Assembly (NCBI GenBank): GCA_035274925.1
Contig: DATENS010000253.1
Span: forward strand, 3,266-67,265
Source: Pyrinomonadaceae bacterium
GTDB lineage: Bacteria; Acidobacteriota; Blastocatellia; Pyrinomonadales; Pyrinomonadaceae
DNA length: 64,000 bases
Direction of reading: 5' to 3'
Part shown: one piece after another, positions 7,933 to 16,815 of the stretch
Layout: the number at the start of each line of letters is the position of its first letter
How positions within the stretch are numbered: position 1 is the stretch's first letter
The notes under the pieces: model-generated
Seen by the model: only the letters and a program-made list of their open reading frames with translations
Databases searched by the model: none
Told to the model about the DNA's origin: nothing
Position numbers and translations under genes: made by a program

Positions 7933-9261
7933 TTACTTCACCCGGCTTTTCCGCCGGCGCATAAAATCGATTAGCACGAATTGAGAGAGGTTTGAGGGAT
8001 TGGCAAAGTAGGCCTTGCCGTTCGTCATCGCCGTCATCTGTTTGACGAATTCCACCAGGTAATAATCGCTCGCCAGCATGAATGTATTGATCATAATTCC
8101 GGCCTTGCGACAGGCCTGCACCTCGCGAAACGTGGCATCCATCACAAACGGATCGCCACCCATTGAGTTTTTGTAGATGCGTCGTTCGCTCGACGCGCCC
8201 GGAGACCATTTGAATCCGCTCGGATGCGTCACCGCGCCCTCAACGAAGCAGGCGGTCGGTTTGCCGTCAGTGACCATCACGATCTGCTTCATGTCCTTGT
8301 GTTGTGCCTGGAGGATGCGCCGCGCCAGTCGCAAACCTTCAGCCGTGTTCGTGTGATACGGTCCCACTTGTGTGGTCGCCAGTTTCGCCAAAGGCAGTTC
8401 CTCGGCGCTGTCGTGGAATAGAACAATTTTCAACGAGTCGCCGGGATACTGCGTGCGAATCAAATGCCCCAGCGCCAGCGCGACCTTCTTGGCAGGCGTG
8501 AAACGATCTTCGCCGTAAAGAATCATCGAGTGCGAGCAATCAAGCATCACCACCGTGGCGCAGGATGATTGATAGTCGCACTGGTGCACGTGCAAATCCT
8601 TGTACTCGAGATTCAGCGGCACCGACAGACCTTCGCGTTGAATCGCGGAAAGCAACGTGGTGTTTACATCGAGGTTGATGGTGTCGCCAAATTCATACGG
8701 CTTGCTGGCGGCCTCGGCCTCGACCCCGGTGGCCAGATGGTGCGTATCGTGCCGGCCCATGGAACTCTTGCCTAAACTTCCAAGCAGGTTGCGCAGCGTT
8801 TTGTAGCCGAGAAAATCCAAACCTTTCTCGGTCACTTCAAAACGAACATTGCGCGGCAGGGGATCTTCGATGCGGCCCTCACCGTTGCCGCCCATCATGT
8901 CGCGCCGCTGTCTTTCATTGGCCGGTTCTTCATGTAGCGTCAGATAACCTTCTTCGACCAGGCGCTCGATCAACTGATTCAGCATTTCCTGAAGCTGCGA
9001 ACCCTGATACTTGCCTTCATTCTCATCAAGCATCTGTTGAATTTGATGCTGACCCAGGAGGCCCTGGTCCATCAGCGCCTGCAACAGTGCACGCCGCAGC
9101 GCGTCGATTGACGTGTCCTGCGGCATGCGCTCGCGAGTCCAGTAATAATCGTCATCGTAACCGGAATAGAGCAGGGAATCAGACAGACCTTCCATCAGGG
9201 CGCCAAGGTCGATCCCAAAAACGTCGAGGCCGTTGAACTTTCCGTAGCGAGTAAATTTCAT
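7933..9261 (-). CDS. VWA (von Willebrand A) domain protein
   Basis: 442 aa. MIDAS-like [10 protein letters not shown] (DxSxS) and later VMVTDGKPT. Same strand as AAA+ gene 10513..11982. Confidence 0.75.
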   Translation of the reverse strand: MKFTRYGKFNGLDVFGIDLGALMEGLSDSLLYSGYDDDYYWTRERMPQDTSIDALRRALLQALMDQGLLGQHQIQQMLDENEGKYQGSQLQEMLNQLIERLVEEGYLTLHEEPANERQRRDMMGGNGEGRIEDPLPRNVRFEVTEKGLDFLGYKTLRNLLGSLGKSSMGRHDTHHLATGVEAEAASKPYEFGDTINLDVNTTLLSAIQREGLSVPLNLEYKDLHVHQCDYQSSCATVVMLDCSHSMILYGEDRFTPAKKVALALGHLIRTQYPGDSLKIVLFHDSAEELPLAKLATTQVGPYHTNTAEGLRLARRILQAQHKDMKQIVMVTDGKPTACFVEGAVTHPSGFKWSPGASSERRIYKNSMGGDPFVMDATFREVQACRKAGIMINTFMLASDYYLVEFVKQMTAMTNGKAYFANPSNLSQFVLIDFMRRRKSRVK

Positions 9262-9346
9262 GCTGGCCGAAGTGCTGACGTAAATCGTTGTGCAATAGTA
9301 TCAGGATCAGCCGAGAAACAGAGATGCGGCGGCCACAAACCTTCCG

Positions 9347-10456
9347 TTAATGAGTATTGTTGAGGACGTCGCGATAAACCTCGAGGGTCAGCCTTGCGGT
9401 TCGTTGCCAGGTGAATTCAGCGGCTCGTTTCAAGCCGGCCGCGGCGAAATGTTCGCGCGCCTGGTTGTCGGTGAGAAACTCGACGAGGCTCGCCGTTAGT
9501 TCCTGCGAAGCTTTAGGATCTATCAGCCGCGCGGCATCGCCTACCGTTTCGACGATAGCCGGGATGCGGCTGGTGATAACGGCCGCGCCGCACGCCATGG
9601 CTTCCAATGGCGGCAGACCAAATCCTTCGTAAATCGACGGATAAATAAACGCCCGGCACGAAGAGTAGAGCGTGCGCAGGTCGTCGTCGGCCAAATATCC
9701 CGTGAAGAGAACCCGATTTCGCAGCGCTTCGTTGTGGGATGGATCCAGAAGATCTTCGCACAACCATCCTTCGGGGCCCGCGATCACGAGTTGCGGCGAT
9801 AAGGAAGTAGTGCGAAGTAGATCGTCGAACGCGCGAATGAGAGTCGCCAGGTTCTTACGCGGCTCGACAGTGCCCACAAACAAAACGAAGTCATCTTCGA
9901 TGCCTAAACGTCTTCGAGTTGCAGACGTATCCGCGGCCGGACGAAAAGCGCTCCTGGGCGCGTTCGGCACAACTACAACCTTTTGAGCAGGAACCTTCAA
10001 GTGCTCACAGATTTCCCGCTTTGCCGATTCAGAGACAGTAATGATTCGCGTTGCGATGCGAGTCATTAAAGGCAGTCTGCGCTTTGCTCTCCGCACCAGC
10101 GCCGGACGATGAGTCTCGGCGTGAAGTAGGAGCGAAAGATCGTGAATCGTAACCACGGTTGCACAGCCGGCCCAGAGCGGAACCTCATAATTCGTCCCGT
10201 GAAACAATGTGAGCTGCCGTTGCCTGGCATAGATGGGAAGGCCGATGGCCATCCAGCGACTTCTCCGGGGAACCTGCACGGTGGAAAGATTTGGCGGGAA
10301 ATTCGCGGCGTCTTCCAGATCCAAGTGCCGGTAAGAAATCAATTCGAATTCGCCGTCGGGTTCTGCGAGAGCAAGTTCCCGGGCCAGTTCATTCGTGTAA
10401 TGCCCGACACCGGTTTTTACTGTAGCGAGTGGAGCACCGTCGATTCCGATCCGCAT
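9347..10456 (-). CDS. GT4-type glycosyltransferase
   Basis: MRIGIDGAPL...VGHYT N-terminus typical of GT-B enzymes. C-terminal EGFGLPPLEAMACGAAV motif. ATG 10486 is an alternative start. Confidence 0.8.
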   Translation of the reverse strand: MRIGIDGAPLATVKTGVGHYTNELARELALAEPDGEFELISYRHLDLEDAANFPPNLSTVQVPRRSRWMAIGLPIYARQRQLTLFHGTNYEVPLWAGCATVVTIHDLSLLLHAETHRPALVRRAKRRLPLMTRIATRIITVSESAKREICEHLKVPAQKVVVVPNAPRSAFRPAADTSATRRRLGIEDDFVLFVGTVEPRKNLATLIRAFDDLLRTTSLSPQLVIAGPEGWLCEDLLDPSHNEALRNRVLFTGYLADDDLRTLYSSCRAFIYPSIYEGFGLPPLEAMACGAAVITSRIPAIVETVGDAARLIDPKASQELTASLVEFLTDNQAREHFAAAGLKRAAEFTWQRTARLTLEVYRDVLNNTH

Positions 10457-10512
10457 GATGGGCTGTCCTGAATCGCGATGCTTCATTTCATCGGGAGGCT
10501 GACCGGTTAGCT

Positions 10513-11982
10513 CTACCTTTCGGTTTCGGTCAGATCGTCATAGATCATTCCGCGCCGGTCTTTCTTCGCCTTGGTTACCGCCGCGTAGCCGCCTTCCTCG
10601 TTCCGGCTGATCTTGTTCTGAGCATACAAACCCTCGAGTACGAATTCACAGGCTGCGATGGTTTGCGCGACGTCCGATCGTTTGAAGTCGAATGGGATTA
10701 AGGAGTTTTCGATCAGATCGGGCACGGCCTCGACCAAAAGCATGCATTCTTCGGCGCCGGCGGTATCGGCGAGGCGCAAGTTGTTTCCTTCATCGAACCA
10801 TCGGACCGTAGGCGCAAAGTCGATGCCGACAAAATACCCTTCAAAGATTTCGCCGGACGCGCGTTTGATCAAATCTTTGGCGATGCGGTTAGCGCCCACT
10901 TGTTCGCCCTCGTATTCCAATTCCATTTTGCCGGTCATTGAGGGGATCGCCGCATAAATGTCGCCGATGCGAGGCAGGATTTTCTCTTCACCGGTCATCA
11001 AAGCCCGGCGCTCGGCGTTGGAAACGACTGATTCCATCACCGTGATCGGGAGACGCTGCGAAACACCGGAGTGTTTGTCGATGCGCTGATCATCGCGAGC
11101 CTCGAAAGCAATCTGTTCGATAATCTCACGGACAAAGTCGGGAATATGCAGCCGTTCGACGAAACCATCGCGCGCGGTCCATGCTTCCTGGCGAGTGATC
11201 TCAACGCCCAACTCAATTTCTTTTGGATAGTGCGTCATGATCTCAGCGCCGATGCGGTCCTTCAGCGGTGAGATGATCTTGCCGCGAGCCGTGTAGTCTT
11301 CAGGGTTTGCCGAGAACACTAGCATCACATCGAGCGGCAAACGCACCGGATAACCTTTTATCTGCACGTCGCCTTCCTGCATGATGTTGAAGAGTCCAAC
11401 CTGAATCTTGCCCGCCAGATCCGGCAGTTCGTTTATCGCGAAGATGCCGCGATTCGCGCGTGGCAAGAGCCCATAGTGAATCGTCAGCTCGTCGCTGAGG
11501 AGGTGGCCGCCCTTCGCCGCCTTAATGGGATCGACGTCCCCGATGATGTCGGCAATCGTCACGTCGGGCGTCGCCAGTTTCTCTACAAACCGCGCGTCGC
11601 GGTCGACCCATGCAATCTGCGTTGCATCACCATGCAACTGAATCATCTGTCGCCCATAAGCACTAATAGGCGCAAAAGGATTGTCGTTGACCTCTGAGCC
11701 CGCGATGATGGGAATTTTGGCGTCCAGCAGATTAGTGAGCTGACGAATGATGCGGCTTTTCGCCTGGCCGCGCAGGCCCAGCAAAATCAGGTTATGCCGC
11801 GAGAGAATCGCGTTGATAAGCTGCGGAACGACGGTTTCGTCATAGCCGACAATGCCCGGGAAGAGTTTCTCGCGCCGTTTGAGTTTACAGATCAGGTTCG
11901 CGCGCAGCTCGGCTTTGACTGACTGGGGGCGATAACCGCTGTCTTTGAGTTCCCCTAAGTTCGCCGCTCGTTCGTTTGTCAT
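10513..11982 (-). CDS. Mg-chelatase-subunit-I-like AAA+ ATPase
   Basis: 489 aa. IVGYDETVVPQLINAILSRHNLILLGLRGQAKS (Walker A). GIFAINELPDL (Walker B-like). Pattern is BchI/ChlI-like. Confidence 0.8.
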   Translation of the reverse strand: MTNERAANLGELKDSGYRPQSVKAELRANLICKLKRREKLFPGIVGYDETVVPQLINAILSRHNLILLGLRGQAKSRIIRQLTNLLDAKIPIIAGSEVNDNPFAPISAYGRQMIQLHGDATQIAWVDRDARFVEKLATPDVTIADIIGDVDPIKAAKGGHLLSDELTIHYGLLPRANRGIFAINELPDLAGKIQVGLFNIMQEGDVQIKGYPVRLPLDVMLVFSANPEDYTARGKIISPLKDRIGAEIMTHYPKEIELGVEITRQEAWTARDGFVERLHIPDFVREIIEQIAFEARDDQRIDKHSGVSQRLPITVMESVVSNAERRALMTGEEKILPRIGDIYAAIPSMTGKMELEYEGEQVGANRIAKDLIKRASGEIFEGYFVGIDFAPTVRWFDEGNNLRLADTAGAEECMLLVEAVPDLIENSLIPFDFKRSDVAQTIAACEFVLEGLYAQNKISRNEEGGYAAVTKAKKDRRGMIYDDLTETER

Positions 11983-12023
11983 GATGATGAAAAGATTCTA
12001 ACCGAGAAAAAGCCACTCAACGA

Positions 12024-12276
12024 GTCCGCGGAGCGGACGGCGGCATAAAGCCCGGGGTGAGCACAGCGAACCCCGGGACATGAGCCCATATAAAACAATA
12101 AGTCCGCGAAGCGGCCGATAGCCCTTAAAGTTGCGGTCTGTCCAAATTAGACTACAAACACAATTCTTATTATCAACAGCTGTCGCCCGCTTCGCGGGCT
12201 GGTATCCGAAATTGGACCTGTCCCGGGGTTCGCGTACGCTCACCCCGGGCTTTATGCCCTCGTCCGCTCCGCGGAC
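12024..12276. repeat. MITE-like element: ~57-bp imperfect terminal inverted repeats around a ~138-bp core
   Basis: Left arm 12024-12080: GTCCGCGGAGCGGACGGCGGCATAAAGCCCGGGGTGAGCACAGCGAACCCCGGGACA. Reverse complement of right arm 12219-12276: GTCCGCGGAGCGGACGAGGGCATAAAGCCCGGGGTGAGCGTACGCGAACCCCGGGACA. Confidence 0.8.
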
Positions 12277-12290
12277 GTGCCAATGAGATT

Positions 12291-13814
12291 TCAAATCGCT
12301 ACGAACGTTGAGGTGGGCGTTTCCCTCACCAAACCATCCGCTTGCAACTTCTCCAAGTGCGCGATTACTGCACGCTCGGCCAGTCCATGCGCTTTGGGTG
12401 ACACATCCGTGTAAACGCGCGCCACTATCTCTTTCGGAGTGGCAGCCCCGTTCCGCACCGCTGCCAGAATGGAAGTTTCGCGTTCAAGACGATGCGAAAT
12501 GTATTCGTCAAGCTTCTCGTAAGGATTCGCAATCGCCGGTCCGTGTCCACCAAACATGACAGTCAGGCCAGGCAGCGCGCGCATCCGCTCGAGCGAAGCG
12601 AGATAATCGCGCATGTTGCCTTCCGGCAAATCAATTAGCACCGATCCGAATCCGACGACATTGTCTCCGGAAATCAGTGCGCCGGTTCGTTCATCGTAGA
12701 AACAAAGATGACCGCGTGCGTGACCCGGCGTGTGCAGCGCGCGCAGTTCGATGGGCGGCTCGCCCTCGAGGACGATCCTTTGTCCGTCTTCGATAAAGCG
12801 ATCGACATCGAACTGGCCTTTTAACGATTCAGCGGTAGACGGGTGTGCTGCCACCGGAATACGTGCCCCATGTTTTTCGGCGAGATGGACATTCAGCGCA
12901 TTCACTCCTGCAACGTGATCGGGATGAACGTGAGTGAGCACTATTTCCCGTAAGCTCCGTCCCTGGCCAACAAGATCGTCGACGCACTCCGCCAGGGCCT
13001 GCTGTTCATCTTCATATGGCGAACCCGGATCAATGATCAAAATTTCACGCGAAGTGCTGATGAGATAGCAGTTCGTATGTGTGGCGGGCGGTCTGGTCGG
13101 CGTCCGCACCGGGAAGCAGATGTAATTTGGGTGAAACTCTATTCGCCGGGTTGGTTCGCGATGTGCTTCGGGTATCGAAAGAAAGCGCTCGACCAGATCG
13201 TCGTCCAATCCCTTTGCGAGAGTTTTCATGGCGTGCAGCACCGGCGGCACGACGATGATTTCGCTTCGCTGCCACAGACCATACGCCTCTGACGCAGCAA
13301 TCCATTCGCCGCTCTCCAATTCTGAGTCTTCAGTGATATGCGGTTCCTGCTTTGCGGGACAGTTAGCGAGGAAGAACCACGTATCAAATCGTCGTGGCGC
13401 AAATGGCGGCGTTACCCATCGGCCGGCAAACGTAAAATCGTTTGCGTCCAGATGAAGATTGTAGTGTGCCAGCAACTCCGGCCAGCTCATCCGCCCGGAT
13501 TCCAAATCGTCGAACAGGGAGTTCCGCTGACCCACAGTCAATGTCTTCGATCCGCGCGCAAGCAGCACCTTAATTTCCTCGAACAGCTCACGCGCGGCGC
13601 AACTGATCATAGCCGCACGCTCAGGATCGTCGCAGTTCTCGATGCGCGCCTCATTGTCATGCGCCTCTAGTTGGCCACCGGGAAACGCGCGATAACCGCC
13701 CAGAAAAGCGAGTTTGGTGCTGCGCTTTGCCCAAAAGACTTCCGGATTATTTTTGTCCGTTTGGTGGCGAAGGAGAATTACCGCGGCGGCATCTTTTGGT
13801 GTTTGTTGAGGCAC
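12291..13814 (-). CDS. NUDIX hydrolase / MBL-fold metallo-hydrolase fusion protein
   Basis: N-terminal Nudix box GGQLE....ER.A.REL.EE (FPGGQLE..AARELFEEIKV). C-terminal THVHPDHVAG metallo-beta-lactamase motif. Confidence 0.8.
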   Translation of the reverse strand: MPQQTPKDAAAVILLRHQTDKNNPEVFWAKRSTKLAFLGGYRAFPGGQLEAHDNEARIENCDDPERAAMISCAARELFEEIKVLLARGSKTLTVGQRNSLFDDLESGRMSWPELLAHYNLHLDANDFTFAGRWVTPPFAPRRFDTWFFLANCPAKQEPHITEDSELESGEWIAASEAYGLWQRSEIIVVPPVLHAMKTLAKGLDDDLVERFLSIPEAHREPTRRIEFHPNYICFPVRTPTRPPATHTNCYLISTSREILIIDPGSPYEDEQQALAECVDDLVGQGRSLREIVLTHVHPDHVAGVNALNVHLAEKHGARIPVAAHPSTAESLKGQFDVDRFIEDGQRIVLEGEPPIELRALHTPGHARGHLCFYDERTGALISGDNVVGFGSVLIDLPEGNMRDYLASLERMRALPGLTVMFGGHGPAIANPYEKLDEYISHRLERETSILAAVRNGAATPKEIVARVYTDVSPKAHGLAERAVIAHLEKLQADGLVRETPTSTFVAI

Positions 13815-13904
13815 GGTTTTGACTCTGCAGATTACGCAGGCAAGAGGTCAGTACCACCCGCAAGCTCCGGTTCTTACTCACCCTCGTTCAATCTGCTACC
13901 GCTC

Positions 13905-14588
13905 TTACGACCAGCGATATCTCTCGCCGTCTCCACTCGTCCATGGATTACCCCTCATGTGATAGCCGCCTTCTTCCCAGAAGCCGGCCTGATCTTGGGC
14001 GAGAAAGCGGACGCCCTTGACCCATTTCGCGGATTTCCAGGCGTAGAGCTGAGGGATGATAAGGCGCACCGGCCCGCCATGCTGAGGCGGAATCGGCTGA
14101 CCATCGTGCATAAAAGCAAAAAGCGAATCTTCTTTGAGGAAGTACTCGATAGGAACATTCGTGGTCCAGCCGTAATCGTAACCGAAGGCGAGCACAAATT
14201 TGGCTTCCGGCTTTACCGCCGCACGTTCGGCAATCTCACGCGTTGAGATGCCGGTCCAGACATTGTCCAGGCGCGACCAGCGCGTCACGCAATGAAAGTC
14301 TGCGTACACCTTCACGGCCGGTAACTCCATGAATTCGTCGAGCGAAAATTTGAGAAAGTTCTCGACCAGGCCGTCGACTTCGAATTCCCAGGTGGCCAGA
14401 TCGACTGGCGGAGTCCCATGCGCGTCCAGCACCGGCCACTTCTTGGTGCGTGATTGCCCGGGCGGGATCCGGTCCTCGCGCCGCGTGTCCGGGCTGACAA
14501 TCACATCCGGTTCGCTAAGGTCTTCTGGTTTGCGCGGTTCGTGAGATTGGTATTTCGGATCTTTGATTAGGCTATCGAGGAAACTCAT
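13905..14588 (-). CDS. sulfite-oxidase-like molybdopterin oxidoreductase
   Basis: 227 aa. HCVTRWS.., GGPVRLIIPQLYAWKSAKWV and GFWEEGGYH are typical of the SUOX/YedY-fold family. Confidence 0.8.
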   Translation of the reverse strand: MSFLDSLIKDPKYQSHEPRKPEDLSEPDVIVSPDTRREDRIPPGQSRTKKWPVLDAHGTPPVDLATWEFEVDGLVENFLKFSLDEFMELPAVKVYADFHCVTRWSRLDNVWTGISTREIAERAAVKPEAKFVLAFGYDYGWTTNVPIEYFLKEDSLFAFMHDGQPIPPQHGGPVRLIIPQLYAWKSAKWVKGVRFLAQDQAGFWEEGGYHMRGNPWTSGDGERYRWS

Positions 14589-14776
14589 GTGTTCATTTCT
14601 GGTCTTCGCTCTTCGCAGTATTCACGCAGCGCTTTCCGGATCTCAATCTTTCTGTCGAGACGGCGCTGTTTGCGCGCAGCGTCTTTGATCGCTTCGGTAA
14701 AGTCCCAGTGGTCCTGGTTTGAATGGCCGAGCTTTCCACCCTGGCCGGCGTCGGATTTACCCTTGGATATCGCCAC
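14585..14776 (-). CDS. small hypothetical protein
   Basis: 63 aa, charged. 4-nt overlap with the downstream gene suggests translational coupling. Confidence 0.4.
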   Translation of the reverse strand: MAISKGKSDAGQGGKLGHSNQDHWDFTEAIKDAARKQRRLDRKIEIRKALREYCEERRPEMNT

Positions 14777-14791
14777 GGTTTACCTCCGAAA

Positions 14792-15283
14792 TCATCTCGT
14801 GCTCTGGCCGAGGTGTTGTGCCGTAAGTAAAGAATCGATCAGTGCGCTTTCTTTTTCTACCAGCGTGCGCAAAATCTGCCCGAAGATCCGTTGCGACAGG
14901 TGCGGATCGCGAAGCAACAGCGTGCGAAAAGCTTCATCACTCCATTCGAGCACCGCCGCGCTTTGCTTAGCGCGCACTGACGCAGAACGAGGGATGCCGC
15001 AAAGCACCGCCAACTCGCCTACCACCGTACCCGGTTTGGTTTCAGTCAAGACCAAATCCTTGCCGTCGCGCTCGACAAAGACTTCGAGGCCGCCGGAGAG
15101 CAGGAGCAAGGCGCAGTCGGCCGCGTCACCTTCTTTCAGCACCACTTCGCCGGCGCCGTACTCTTTGACTTCGCCGGACTTGAGCAGGCGATTCGCGCCG
15201 TCTTTGGTGAAGCCTTTGAAGAGTGGAAAGCTGGGGATTAAGTCAGCGTACTGTTCGTTCATTCGGGGGTTCGCTCCTGTCAT
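14792..15283 (-). CDS. cyclic-nucleotide-binding domain protein (no HTH)
   Basis: 163 aa. FPLFKGF...G..V..EGD.ADC.LLLLSG...V......VGELAVL.G.PRSASV is the cNMP-binding pattern. Confidence 0.75.
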   Translation of the reverse strand: MTGANPRMNEQYADLIPSFPLFKGFTKDGANRLLKSGEVKEYGAGEVVLKEGDAADCALLLLSGGLEVFVERDGKDLVLTETKPGTVVGELAVLCGIPRSASVRAKQSAAVLEWSDEAFRTLLLRDPHLSQRIFGQILRTLVEKESALIDSLLTAQHLGQSTR

Positions 15284-15666
15284 CTGACAAAGTACTTGAG
15301 GATTAAGAGCCGCGACACCTTCTTTCCGTCTTTCTCGGCCGCTTCAAACTGAATAAGTTTTGCGGCCTCCACGGCGGCGGCATCCATGGTGGCAGTTATA
15401 CCGTTGGTTACGACGATGTCGGTAACTTTGCCGGAACCGCAGAGCGTAGCCCGCAGGGTTATGGCCTTACCTCGATATTTCTTACGCTCTTGTTTCTCAA
15501 ATACAGGATCGGGCTTAGCCAGAATTTTTGGCTTGCGATCGATTTCTTTGAGAGCCGGCACGTCACATTCTGATGGCTTTGGGCTGGGAGTCGGTGTTTG
15601 CATCTGCACGGTTCCCGCCATGGAAACTAACAGCACGATTCCGATAAAAAATCTTCCCGTTCTCAT
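15280..15666 (-). CDS. TonB-C-terminal-like protein with signal anchor
   Basis: Start at MRTGRFFIGIVLLVSMAG (TAATG overlap with the upstream gene). C-terminal pattern KP.P.....R..Y.G...L...L...G.V.DI.V......MD.AAVEAAK...F. Confidence 0.5.
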   Translation of the reverse strand: MRTGRFFIGIVLLVSMAGTVQMQTPTPSPKPSECDVPALKEIDRKPKILAKPDPVFEKQERKKYRGKAITLRATLCGSGKVTDIVVTNGITATMDAAAVEAAKLIQFEAAEKDGKKVSRLLILKYFVR

Positions 15667-16103
15667 TACTTTTTCGGAGCACTGCGTTCCGCCAGCTTCA
15701 TCAGCTCTTCCGGCATCCATTTGCCGACGCCTTTAGCGGTGGCTTCCTCGACGCCTTTGCTGCGATCGTGCCATTTGTCGCGGGTGCCTTCCCCTCCGCG
15801 CTCGCGTTCGTAATTCTCAGTTTGCTCGAGGGAAAGTACGATGCCCTGCGCGATGCCGTTCCAGTCTTTCTGCTGAATGCCGCGCAGCACCAGTGGCAAT
15901 CCGGCTGACCAATCTTCTTCAGGTGCCCGGCTGTCCTGTTCGGGTATGGTCAGGTTATAGGTCGGCGGAAAGGCCGAGCCCGAAAACTCGCGCACAATTT
16001 GGGCGGCGATGTCCCGGTAAGAAGCCTGCGCGTTCTCGGTTCGTATGGCCTGGGCACGACGAAAGAGATCGGCGGTACTTGGACCTGTTTGAGTCTCAGC
16101 CAA
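15666..16103 (-). CDS. hypothetical protein
   Basis: 145 aa. First gene of a tightly packed minus-strand gene string (16103 to 13905). Confidence 0.5.
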   Translation of the reverse strand: MAETQTGPSTADLFRRAQAIRTENAQASYRDIAAQIVREFSGSAFPPTYNLTIPEQDSRAPEEDWSAGLPLVLRGIQQKDWNGIAQGIVLSLEQTENYERERGGEGTRDKWHDRSKGVEEATAKGVGKWMPEELMKLAERSAPKK

Positions 16104-16175
16104 AACAGTTCTCCTGATTAATTGTTTTCAGATAAGTTACACGGGCGGCGAGGGAAGCACAACCTGTCCGGTGTT

Positions 16176-16243
16176 GTTTAGAGGCGGGCTACTGCCCGCC
16201 TATTTGACTGGAAGAAAGGCGGGCGGTAGCCCGCCCTCTAAAC
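16176..16243. repeat. inverted pair of 25-nt hairpin units (GGCGGGC-N4-GCCCGCC + TCTAAAC)
   Basis: 16176-16200: GTTTAGAGGCGGGCTACTGCCCGCC. 16218-16243: GGCGGGCGGTAGCCCGCCCTCTAAAC. A third unit lies inside a CDS at 54883-54907. Confidence 0.85.
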
Positions 16244-16609
16244 GGTGTCCAGGTTCTTGCGGGTAAACTCATTGCTTACATTTCCCGTGTTCAGTGTGGA
16301 AGCCGGCTCGAACAGCAGTACTTCGCATTCTGCTTCGGCTACGGGACAATGTTCGGTGCCACGCGGCACGATCACGAACTCGCCCGGCTCGATCCATTCG
16401 GTGTGGTCTTTACCGTCCTCGCGATAATCCATGCGGAAGCGTCCGCGCACGACCAGAAACATCTCGTCTTCAATTTCATGATGGTGCCAGGTGAACGGAC
16501 CCTGGAACTTAACCAGCTTCAAATGCTGGCCGTTCAGCTCGCCAACGATCCGCGGATTCCAGTGATCGTTGATGAGTGAAAGTTTTTCCGCGAGATTGAT
16601 CTTCTGCAT
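16238..16609 (-). CDS. cupin domain protein
   Basis: GGAGAA RBS before ATG 16609. WHHHEIEDEMFLVV.G......G.....I.PGEFVIVPRGTEHCP is the cupin motif pair. The longer ORF-track start reads through a repeat. Confidence 0.75.
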   Translation of the reverse strand: MQKINLAEKLSLINDHWNPRIVGELNGQHLKLVKFQGPFTWHHHEIEDEMFLVVRGRFRMDYREDGKDHTEWIEPGEFVIVPRGTEHCPVAEAECEVLLFEPASTLNTGNVSNEFTRKNLDTV

Positions 16610-16617
16610 ATGTTGTT

Positions 16618-16784
16618 CTCCCTTCTCCACCCGGGAGAAGGGCCGGGGATAAGGGCCTGGCGCGTCCAACTCTTATTGACTCAATTTCTCGCCCTCATCG
16701 GCTCGACGGACAAGAAAAATTATTTTGATCTTAGTCTCGCCGCTAAACCCTCACCCTAACCCTCTCCCAAAAGGGAGAGGGAAC
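16618..16784. repeat. MITE-like element with hairpin-containing inverted ends (CCCTCTCCC-N-GGGAGAGGG + GGGTGAGGG type)
   Basis: Left end: CTCCCTTCTCCACCCGGGAGAAGGGCCGGGGATAAGGGCC. Right end is the inverted relative: AAACCCTCACCCTAACCCTCTCCCAAAAGGGAGAGGGAAC. Confidence 0.8.
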
Positions 16785-16815
16785 AAGAGTTGAGGTTTGC
16801 CAGTGCACTACAAAA

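Noticed and set aside
9347-10456. GT4 glycosyltransferase, considered as the missing SenB of the sen-like locus
   Set aside because: It lies ~17 kb from selD, embedded in a different operon (AAA+/VWA). It shows the generic GT4 EGFGLP motif set. There is no sequence-based reason to equate it with the selenosugar synthase.
11998-12294. 98-aa ORF inside the 12024-12276 inverted-repeat element, considered as a possible transposase or small gene
   Set aside because: It is simply the translation of the palindromic arms (Arg/Gly/Pro-rich). It is far too short for a transposase, has no DDE or HUH motif and no RBS.
14589-15287. 232-aa plus-strand ORF
   Set aside because: It is antisense to three well-supported minus-strand genes (small ORF, cNMP-binding protein, TonB-like protein). 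The translation is Ser/Arg/Pro-rich with no motifs.
16610-16669. 20-codon N-terminal extension of the cupin gene (MDAPGPYPRPFSRVEKGEQH)
   Set aside because: The extension is the translation of the CCCTTCTCC/GGAGAAGGG repeat. ATG 16609 has a GGAGAA RBS, and homologous cupins start near MQKINL.
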